This document shows, piece by piece, positions 8,001-13,801 of a DNA stretch of 32,000 nucleotides. Both the position numbers and the translations under genes were made by a program. The stretch spans positions 1-32,000 of the forward strand of contig NZ_BCZP01000001.1 of NCBI RefSeq assembly GCF_001598795.1, given 5' to 3'. Under the pieces are notes generated by a model. That model saw only the letters and a list, made by a program, of their open reading frames with translations, was not told the origin of the DNA and made no database searches. The DNA comes from Delftia acidovorans NBRC 14950. Its GTDB lineage: Bacteria > Pseudomonadota > Gammaproteobacteria > Burkholderiales > Burkholderiaceae_C. How positions within the stretch are numbered: position 1 is the first letter of the stretch; each line of letters opens with the position of its first letter.

Positions 8001-9151
8001 TGGGCAGCGATGTCAACGGCAGTGTGGATTACGCTTACGACGCGCTGGACCGCCTGACGCAGGTGCGCCCCAGCGCCGGTCTGGCTGACCTGGGCCTGCC
8101 TCAGGAGCAATACGGCTACGACGCCGTTCACAATCGCATCAGCAGCCTGCACCAACCCGGCGAATGGCAATACGGCAGCGGCAATCGGCTGGTGCAGCGA
8201 GGCCTGGGCAAGGATCTGGAGCGCTATGACTACACCGCCACAGGTCATATCCAGAGCGCCACGCGCAATGGCAGCGTCACCACCAATATCTATGACGCCA
8301 CCGATCGCAGGGTCGCCGTGGAGCAGGACGGGCAGCTCATCGCGCGCTATCAGTACGACCCGTTCGGGCGGCGTATAAGCAAGACGGTGGGAGCGCGTAC
8401 GACGTGGCTTATGTACAGCAAAGAAGGACTGTTGGCAGAGGTAGATGCCCAGGGAAAGACTGTGAAAGCTTATGGTTGGCAGCCTGATACGGACTGGGGT
8501 GCGGAGCCCCTGTGGCAAGCGGATCACGTCAACGATCAGACGGGAACTAGCAAGATTTACCACTATCTGCACAGTGACCATTTGAGCACTCCGCAGGTCG
8601 CCAGCGACGTGACAGGGCGCTCAACGTGGCAGGCCTTGAGCGAGAGCTTTGGTCAAACCCTTGAGCGCAACGGAAACCGAACGCGGATGAATCTGCGGTT
8701 TGCTGGACAGTATTTTGATGAAGAGGTGGGGACGCATTACAACTACTACCGTGACTATCAGCCAAAGTTGGGGAGGTATATAGAAAGTGATCCATTTGGA
8801 TTGAGTGGTGGCTTGAATTTGTTCGTATATGCGGAGCAAAGTCCGCTAGATGTTTATGACAATAATGGATTGGCTCCTAAATATGTAAAGCCTGATAATC
8901 CAAACAAGAGAAAACCGCCTGATCATAGAATTCCAAGTGGGGAAAGAGAGCGTAATGTTGGACATGAAAATGCAGAAGAGCATTCTAGACAATCAAAAAA
9001 ACAGCGAGGCTCTGGTGTGAAGGGGTCGCGCGGAGCGAGAGGCGTCGGAGGGTTACTTATTTGGGATATTGTTAATGACATATGTAATGAAAATCCAAGT
9101 GTTGGTGGTTGTGGTGTTATAAAGCCGCCGCCTCCCATAGATCCTTGTTAA
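5093..9151 (+). CDS. Rhs/YD-repeat polymorphic toxin (1352 aa) with an N-terminal Sec-type signal peptide, no PAAR, and a 92-aa variable C-terminal tip (CT1, 8873-9148)
   Basis: In-frame ATG at 5093 with AAGGGA 12-17 nt upstream. N-terminus: MTKALKHL...RRALSWTFGRIFAWALALLSLAVLQAQA|SEY. Many YD repeats are present (YTYDGNGQLTSRTDPLGG, YAYDGNGNRKTATDAEG, YEYDALGRVSKSIDANG, YQYDRLGRLTEETRPEGG). The Rhs core ends YHYLHSDHLSTP...NLRFAGQYFDEEVGTHYNYYRDYQPKLGRYIESDPFGL (8789-8803) SGGLNLFVYAEQSPLDVYDNNGL (8858-8872), which matches the DPxGL-type autoproteolysis box. GC falls to about 40% across the tip by hand count. Confidence 0.9.
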   Translation: MTKALKHLIDLAQYPDKRAAARRALSWTFGRIFAWALALLSLAVLQAQASEYPYIKWPNGEYREVNTDLQVKVLGGSIDIARTWTLGRWWLNPAWAPLDFELDPLGREAKTIQRAGTLYERSGQSGLFIAKDRVDAPTFIRQVSRNGQDGWQWYDRRGNTIDYDAQGRIQGYADFNGIQVRFSYDSTSSIRILDHHGQVAFKLTLADGLVTSIEDRAGSTVRYTWAGSGSARRLTEVLDARGNRWTYTYDGNGQLTSRTDPLGGKVTAQYSASAPAPAAQFTLGNLGITLDPTGTSGTTQKLQTNWGGGRVGSFSDRRGTTTGSVQYLRESRKFIATLTDPRGNRLVVHYDKDGLESSRSLNDKPIRQRSWDGNYTDRLVDERGNTRTTYWDYNRRPLRIRHPDGSEESYTYDPVHGETTSHTNELGTVTAWRHDSKGRAVQRIEAQGTPLERITAWEYDELGQIVRQTLGTGAQASVTTYAYDGNGNRKTATDAEGGVWSYTHTVTGQMASITNPLGHTTRHEYDSHGNRIKTIYPSGLTSSARFDALGNETQSMDGEGHATVATYDSQSRLVTATNALGYIYRYEYNAYGDIVSQNTPTGNRHELGYDSLGRVASYKNPAGDNSQYEYGALGTPQANLLQAINYPGGLAELGQYDQRGRRTSIIRKARNGESLTLHYSLDSAGQTAAITSPGGKTTIYEYDALGRVSKSIDANGQATQMAYNLLHQITRVTDANGNVHTRQYDRLGRLTEETRPEGGKTTYAYDAAGFLIKKTNAAGDVSSYTYNSDGLLTLLTRTSAQAGQPGLSSSITYRYDKAGRLAGYEQKDGSGQLISQADYSRDALGRISQEQLIYGDGANRVIATLAQGWDADGRKTSQGYPDSSAAVFSYDKGYLKEAAQPGSTDKITWTDYQWVLPTKVQYPGASRSIAYDGFYRIQGIQVQGASNANLLTLGYQYDADSSVTRKTLQLGSDVNGSVDYAYDALDRLTQVRPSAGLADLGLPQEQYGYDAVHNRISSLHQPGEWQYGSGNRLVQRGLGKDLERYDYTATGHIQSATRNGSVTTNIYDATDRRVAVEQDGQLIARYQYDPFGRRISKTVGARTTWLMYSKEGLLAEVDAQGKTVKAYGWQPDTDWGAEPLWQADHVNDQTGTSKIYHYLHSDHLSTPQVASDVTGRSTWQALSESFGQTLERNGNRTRMNLRFAGQYFDEEVGTHYNYYRDYQPKLGRYIESDPFGLSGGLNLFVYAEQSPLDVYDNNGLAPKYVKPDNPNKRKPPDHRIPSGERERNVGHENAEEHSRQSKKQRGSGVKGSRGARGVGGLLIWDIVNDICNENPSVGGCGVIKPPPPIDPC

Positions 9152-9164
9152 GTAGGGGTTAAAT

Positions 9165-9656
9165 TTGAAAGAAAAATCTTTTGACGAAGTGAATTCCATG
9201 CTTCTGAATGGGGAGGAGCGCAAGGTAAGGGGAATGTTGGTTGACCCTGATACTGGAAGAATCAAACGGGAGTATGCCTGGGATAGGAATCATGCTTGGT
9301 ATTGTGTTGGTGATGCAGATTTTAAAATGGGAAAATACAAAGATGCTATAAAATCTTTTAGAAAAGCATATGGTTATGATTCTGACGATGTTCAATGCTT
9401 GCTGGCAATTGGAAACTGCTTTGATGCAATTAAGGAGCCAAAGAAGGCTGAAAATATTTTAAAAAAAGCTCTTGATATTGGTTTGAAGGGAAAAGTCAGG
9501 TCCGCCGTTATTTTTAATTTGGGAAATGCGTTGTTTGATCAAGAGAGGTTTGATGAGGCTATTGCTTATTATTTGGATGTAAAAAATAGGCGCGACGAAA
9601 TTGGAAAAAAAGCTCGTAAAAATATCAAACTTATTCTTGATGGCAGGAATAATTGA
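9165..9656 (+). CDS. TPR-repeat protein, candidate cognate immunity for CT1 (no signal peptide)
   Basis: Starts 14 nt after the rhs stop, at TTG 9165 or alternatively ATG 9198. Low GC. Three TPR-like helix pairs are visible (AWYCVGDADFKMGKYKDAIKSFRKAYGYD; VQCLLAIGNCFDAIKEPKKAENILKKALDIG; AVIFNLGNALFDQERFDEAIAYYLDV). The position immediately 3' of a variable Rhs tip is the canonical immunity position. Confidence 0.65.
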   Translation: MKEKSFDEVNSMLLNGEERKVRGMLVDPDTGRIKREYAWDRNHAWYCVGDADFKMGKYKDAIKSFRKAYGYDSDDVQCLLAIGNCFDAIKEPKKAENILKKALDIGLKGKVRSAVIFNLGNALFDQERFDEAIAYYLDVKNRRDEIGKKARKNIKLILDGRNN

Positions 9657-9747
9657 GTATTTCATATATAGATAGAAAATCTACCATCAAAACTAGGCTG
9701 CATCGCGCAGGATGGCCATAATGCAAGATAGTTAGATAATAATTTAG

Positions 9748-10098
9748 GCTACGCCGCAGGTGTCCAGCGCCGCAGCAGGTCGTTCATCCATGCAGGCATT
9801 GAGCGAGAGCTTTGGGCACACGCTGGAGCGCAGCGGCAACCGTACGCGGATGAACCTGCGGTTCGCGGGGCAGTATTTTGATGAGGAGGCCGGGACTCAT
9901 TACAACCAGCAGCGGTACTATGTCTCAAATGTTGGTAATTTCATTTATCAACTAGAAAATAAAAGAGGAAGATTGGATTGTGTGATCTGGACTGTTGTGA
10001 CTACGTGGTCTATATCATGTGCATTGACAAGCGCTTTGATTTCTGAGGGAGTGGTTGCTCAAAAGGGTATTCGTACGGTTACACGTTGGGGCCAATAG
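9748..10098 (+). pseudogene. Decayed orphan rhs C-terminal junction (displaced tip remnant A)
   Basis: nt ~9750-9912 align with rhs 8588-8750 (ATPQVSSAAAGRSSMQALSESFGHTLERSGNRTRMNLRFAGQYFDEEAGTHYN versus STPQVASDVTGRSTWQALSESFGQTLERNGNRTRMNLRFAGQYFDEEVGTHYN). There is an in-frame TAG at 9745-9747, and the only start is GTG 9760 with no SD. After RYY the expected DPxGL box has degraded (VSNVGNFIYQLENKRG) and the frame runs into low-GC sequence. Confidence 0.7.
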
Positions 10099-10116
10099 TC
10101 CTTATCGAGGAACTTC

Positions 10117-11874
10117 TTGGGGAACTGGATCAGGGTAGGTGGACCTGGACTTGGCTATCCTATGATGCAAGAAGAGCACCAGCTCAAAGGCACGGAAATC
10201 GACCAACAGATCAGCTACCAATACGACGCTGATAGCCTGCTCTCGGGCTATGAACAAAAGGACGGCCAGCAAAACCTGATCAGCAGCGCCACCTACGACA
10301 AGGACGCGCAAGGCCGAACCACCCAGAACAAGGTCACCTACGGCAAGGTCGATAACACGGGCAGCTTCAGCTTCACGGTAGGCCAAAGCTACAACGCGGA
10401 CGGCCAGTTGGCCAGCCACAGCTACCCAGATGGCAGCGCAGGCCAATACAGCTACGCCAAGGGCCGCCTGAGCCTGGTGACCCTGCCGGACCAGAGCCAG
10501 ATCCGCTACGGAAACTACCAATGGCTCACGGCCACGCGCATCGAAACTCCGGGTGCGACCAAGACCATCAGCCTCGATGCGCTGCAAAGGCCCCTATCCA
10601 TCGAAGTGAAGAACGCCGCCTCCGAACTGCTGGTCAGCCGCCACTACCAATATGACAAGGCTGGCAACATCACCCAAATCGAAAGTGACCTGGGGAAAAC
10701 CGAGTATGGCTACGACAACCTGGACCGGCTGACCAAGGCCGCCCCAGACCAGCCGCTCAAGGACCTGGGCCTGCCCACGGAGCAATACCAGTACGACGCC
10801 GTGCACAACCGAGTGTTCAGTGGCCACCAGGTGGGGCAGTGGAGCTACAACGCGGACAACCAGCTCACCAGCTATCCCCGGCTCAGACCCTTCGACAAAG
10901 CAGCACAGCCCATACAAACCCAGGTGGAGTACACGCCGCAGGGGCACACGGCCAGGGAAAGCAGTGACAAAGGCGAACGAACCTACAACTACAACGCCGC
11001 CGAGCGCTTGATCCGCTACTCCAGCGCGGAGGCAAGCCAAAGCACCCCCGGCATTGATGCCCAATATCGCTATGACCCGTTAGGACGACGCATCTTCAAA
11101 GAGGTGAGGGAGGGCCAAAACTACAAAATAACCTACTTTTTCTACAGCGACTCGGGACTGCTGGGCGAGGCCAACGAGCAAGGGCTGATGACAAGGGCGT
11201 ATGCCTTCGATCCTAAAAAAAGCGAACAAGGGCTATGGAATACAGACCCCATCTGGCAGGCGGACGTCAGTGAAGCGCAGTTGACGAGCCAGAACACCAG
11301 CGTTCACTATCTGCACACGGATCATCTGGGAACGCCGGTGCTGGGGACCAGCAAAAAGGGAGCGGTCATTTGGAATGGTGTTGCGGATGCGTTTGGAACC
11401 ACAGGGGCATTGCCGCAAAGTCAGGTGGAGATGAATTTGAGGTTTCCGGGGCAGTATTTTGATATGGAATCTGGATTAGTTAATAATCTCAATAGAGATT
11501 ATTCAAATTTTATTGCCAGATATATGCAATCAGACACAATTAAACTGATTGGCGGTATTAATTTTTATATTTATTCAGAAAATAATCCTATCATTTTCTT
11601 TGATGACCGTGGATTGAAGAGTAAGTCATGCCCTCTTATACTTAGATTACTTGGGAAATGTGATGGTGCTGATGGATATGATAGTTGCGCTAATGATGCA
11701 GTTGATGAAGGTGGGAATTGCACAACATGCTACGCCTGTTGCGCTTTGAATGAGAAAACTTTAATTGGACTGTCGGAGTGTAAGTTGCATTGTATGAGAA
11801 TAGTTAATCCTGGCGGAGGAACTTGCCCAGAAGATAAGGTCTCTTGTGGGAATAGGCATGAAAAGAATACTTAG
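10117..11874 (+). CDS. 5'-truncated orphan rhs module: about 465 aa of diverged Rhs core plus an 85-aa Cys-rich tip (CT2, 11617-11871)
   Basis: From ~10207 the translation parallels main-rhs residues from ~nt 7520 (ISYQYDADSLLSGYEQKDGQQNLISSATYDKDAQGR versus ITYRYDKAGRLAGYEQKDGSGQLISQADYSRDALGR) and continues through VHYLHTDHLGTP...MNLRFPGQYFDMESGL...SDTIKLIGGINFYIYSENNPIIFFDDRGL. Only weak starts exist (TTG 10117, ATG 10162), so independent expression is uncertain. GC drops from ~11440. Confidence 0.75.
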   Translation: MGNWIRVGGPGLGYPMMQEEHQLKGTEIDQQISYQYDADSLLSGYEQKDGQQNLISSATYDKDAQGRTTQNKVTYGKVDNTGSFSFTVGQSYNADGQLASHSYPDGSAGQYSYAKGRLSLVTLPDQSQIRYGNYQWLTATRIETPGATKTISLDALQRPLSIEVKNAASELLVSRHYQYDKAGNITQIESDLGKTEYGYDNLDRLTKAAPDQPLKDLGLPTEQYQYDAVHNRVFSGHQVGQWSYNADNQLTSYPRLRPFDKAAQPIQTQVEYTPQGHTARESSDKGERTYNYNAAERLIRYSSAEASQSTPGIDAQYRYDPLGRRIFKEVREGQNYKITYFFYSDSGLLGEANEQGLMTRAYAFDPKKSEQGLWNTDPIWQADVSEAQLTSQNTSVHYLHTDHLGTPVLGTSKKGAVIWNGVADAFGTTGALPQSQVEMNLRFPGQYFDMESGLVNNLNRDYSNFIARYMQSDTIKLIGGINFYIYSENNPIIFFDDRGLKSKSCPLILRLLGKCDGADGYDSCANDAVDEGGNCTTCYACCALNEKTLIGLSECKLHCMRIVNPGGGTCPEDKVSCGNRHEKNT

Positions 11875-12268
11875 TTTTTTTACAGTTGGGATTGTTTTTG
11901 CTTTGGGGTGCGGGGTAGGGTATCGCGTCCATAAAATAGAAAGCGAAAACATAGAGAAATTTTCTGCGATAAAAGAAATGAATTTCTCGCTGAAAAATGC
12001 GCGTACTCCGGATTGCTTGGGAGAAATAAGGGCTACAGAATATCTATTTAAGTTTTGCAGAGCGAATTTTTCTCACGAATTTATGATGGATAAAGATTAT
12101 TTAAATTACAAGGATGGTATATACAGAAACGATTTGCGTTTTGCGGCTAAATACAGGATGGAAAATCCAATAGACGAAAGTTACTTCAAGAGCTGCAAAG
12201 GAGTTAGCCTAGAATACCGTGAGCTTATAATGAAATGTTGGGAAAGTATAAGTCACGAGTTAAATTGA
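11858..12268 (+). CDS. Small exported or lipoprotein-like protein, candidate immunity for CT2
   Basis: ATG 11858 overlaps the orphan rhs stop (11872-11874) by 17 nt; GTG 11846 is an alternative start. N-terminus MKRILSFFTVGIVFALG|C is signal/lipobox-like. Low GC. Four further Cys residues are present. No family recognised. Confidence 0.6.
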   Translation: MKRILSFFTVGIVFALGCGVGYRVHKIESENIEKFSAIKEMNFSLKNARTPDCLGEIRATEYLFKFCRANFSHEFMMDKDYLNYKDGIYRNDLRFAAKYRMENPIDESYFKSCKGVSLEYRELIMKCWESISHELN

Positions 12269-12445
12269 TTTAATTAAATATTTCAACACAAATGGATTTT
12301 CGTCATTTTTCAAGAAATTAAGAGAAATAAATAAAGCAAGAGTTCTTTTGTATTGATATTGCGAAAAATAATTGCATATTGCAAAAAGGATTGGATAGTC
12401 AGATTCAATAGTGAGGAAGACATCTTTAACAGTAAGAACCACTAT

Positions 12446-12765
12446 GGAAGGTCTGCATAAATCACCTCATTACCTGATTGGCATCGACGTGAAGCACTGA
12501 GACGATACGCAGCATGAAGCAGCACGGCCTGGGCTTGGGACAAACAGTCAAGCGAATGTGGTGCCGGGAGTTCCTGGACTAGATGGACCGACCTTGTGAG
12601 CTACCAAGGTACTGGCAAACGGCTTAATGCCAAGCGAGACGTGACATGGCACATCGCCATGCGACCCGATAAACGCCGCCTGCTGGAGCCGGCCAAACCT
12701 CGAACAGATGAAAAAGGTGGCAGAGTGCCAGGCTGAATATGCTTCATGCATGGCAAGTTTCGGGG
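12446..12765 (+). mobile_element. IS5-family remnant: left end plus internally deleted, stop-ridden transposase fragments
   Basis: GGAAGGTCTGCATAA at 12446 resembles the IS5 terminal GGAAGGTGCGAA. ATG 12514 gives MKQHGLGLGQTVKRMWCREFLD*MDR (compare IS5-type ...KRTRKREFLDEMDRVVPW). A later fragment, RDVTWHIAMRPDKRRLL, matches the conserved mid-protein motif (...V.W.VAMRPGKRR.L). There are multiple stops and frame changes. GC jumps relative to the flanks. Confidence 0.5.
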
Positions 12766-12772
12766 GAAATAA

Positions 12773-13198
12773 ATGAAAAAATTATTAGTCGGCTCCGTTT
12801 TTATAATTGTCTTTTTGAGTGGGTTTGTATTTTGCTTATTTTTTTCAATCAAAGCTAGTAAATTATGGGTTGCTGAAGAGGATATCAGAAGAGCGTTTTA
12901 TTACGAATCGAAAGCTGTGGAAATGTATAATTCTGGGAATATTTCTGCTGCACGAGATAATATTGTGGCAGCCAGTGCTCTGGTTGATAATATTGTTAAA
13001 CGGAATGAATGGGACTTGTTTGCGCCACTATTTATTATTGTTCTTCAGGAACCTGAGTCGAGAGAAGATTACAACAAATGTTTATTGAGCTATCTTGATA
13101 AGGTGAAGGAATATGGTAGAGAGAAATATGATTCGAAAGACTATTGTAGCGTTTTAGGGGAGGCGCTATTCGAGCACAGAAGTGGAGGGGAAAATTAG
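12773..13198 (+). CDS. Membrane-anchored small protein, orphan immunity-like gene with no toxin upstream
   Basis: ATG at 12773, 141 aa, low GC. N-terminal TM segment LLVGSVFIIVFLSGFVFCLFFSI, followed by a helical and possibly TPR-like region (RRAFYYESKAVEMYNSGNISAARDNIVAASALVDNIV). It sits within the rhs tip/immunity array. Confidence 0.5.
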   Translation: MKKLLVGSVFIIVFLSGFVFCLFFSIKASKLWVAEEDIRRAFYYESKAVEMYNSGNISAARDNIVAASALVDNIVKRNEWDLFAPLFIIVLQEPESREDYNKCLLSYLDKVKEYGREKYDSKDYCSVLGEALFEHRSGGEN

Positions 13199-13270
13199 GA
13201 CTTACGCAAAATCCGTATCAACGTGACCTGCCGATTTCTTCGGGCCAGTGATTTATGGGAGGAGAGCGTG
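13199..13270 (+). pseudogene. Left half of a third rhs junction remnant (remnant C); the right half is at 13803-13822
   Basis: 13205-13270 translates as KIRINVTCRFLRASDLWEES, which resembles NRTRMNLRFAGQYFDEE. At DNA level GACCTGCCGATTTC...GGGCCAGTGATTTATGGGAGGAG parallels AACCTGCGGTTCGCGGGGCAGTATTTTGATGAGGAG. Immediately after the inserted element, ACGGGGACTCATTACCA (13805-13821) matches GCCGGGACTCATTACAA (the GTHYN box at 9891-9907) at 14/17 positions. Confidence 0.4.
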
Positions 13271-13322
13271 CTTAGATGTACGGTCCCAGGAACATTCTTC
13301 AGCTGGAAGAGGAGAAAGCACT

Positions 13323-13439
13323 ATGGCAATCCGCCTGCATGGCAGTGCCCGCACAACGCCGCGTATCCGTGCAGAACTCCAGCTAGCGACCGGCTCGCAT
13401 CGGTCCTTGGCCAAGCTCTACGGCATTAAGAGTGGCTAA
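13323..13439 (+). pseudogene. IS481-family transposase N-terminal (HTH) fragment
   Basis: MAIRLHGSARTTPRIRAELQLATGSHRSLAKLYGIKSG* resembles the N-terminus of one IS481-family branch (..LHGSATTT...R.AIQ.S..S.RALSKRYGINPKTV). It is truncated after 38 aa, and its ATG lies 52 nt inside the left inverted repeat. Confidence 0.55.
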
Positions 13440-13487
13440 CACCACTCCGTCACAGGCCCCCGCAGAGCAGTTATGTTCGCTGCCCTC

Positions 13488-13801
13488 ATGGCACGACGAC
13501 GCGTGAGCAAAGAACTGTGGCGACAGCTACAGCCCCTGATCCCAGCCTTCGTGCCTTCGTGCCTTCGTGCCTTCGTGCCTTCGTGCCTTCGGCCAAAGGC
13601 GGTGCGCGCAAACTCGCAGTCAGCGATGAGGCCGCCCTCAACGGCATCTTGTTCGTGTTGCAAACAGGCATTCCGTGGGAAGAGCTTCCCCAATCCCTTG
13701 GGTACGGCAGCGGCATGACTTGCTGGCGGCGCCTGCGCGACTGGAACGCCGCTGGTGTCTGGGAGCAGTTGCACCATGACTTCCTGGGACCGTACATCTA
13801 A
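13488..13801 (+). pseudogene. IS5-family/IS427-group orfA (DUF4096-type) fragment, frameshifted by a microsatellite and 3'-truncated
   Basis: MARRRVSKELWRQLQPLIP... in one frame, and ...AKGGARKLAVSDEAALNGILFVLQTGIPWEELPQSLGYGSGMTCWRRLRDWNAAGVWEQLH in another. Together they match the well-known N-terminal module of IS427-group transposases. The homology stops where the right inverted repeat begins. Confidence 0.7.
13545..13591. repeat. 8-bp microsatellite (GCCTTCGT) in about 5.9 copies
   Basis: Units at 13545, 13553, 13561, 13569 and 13577, plus a partial GCCTTCG at 13585-13591, read directly from the sequence. Confidence 0.95.

Noticed and set aside
12260-12442. 60-aa minus-strand ORF in the AT-rich spacer after the CT2 immunity candidate.
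   Set aside because: It has no start context or recognisable features. AT-rich spacers readily give short hydrophobic ORFs. It is not supportable as a gene.
9657-13200. The low-GC array was scanned by eye for CRISPR-like spaced repeats, retron-like structures or integrase/recombinase genes.
   Set aside because: No regularly spaced direct repeats, no reverse-transcriptase or integrase-like translation, and no extended ncRNA-like inverted repeats were seen. The only recurrent sequence is the rhs junction box reported above.
13223-13240. GTGACCTGCCGATTTC looked like a possible IS3/IS407-type terminal repeat (TGACCTGCC...) that might pair with the IS3 tail fragment at 13826-13935.
   Set aside because: No matching inverted copy was found near 13940-14003. 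The same bases align better with the rhs NLRF junction box (AACCTGCGGTTC), so they are interpreted as rhs remnant C.
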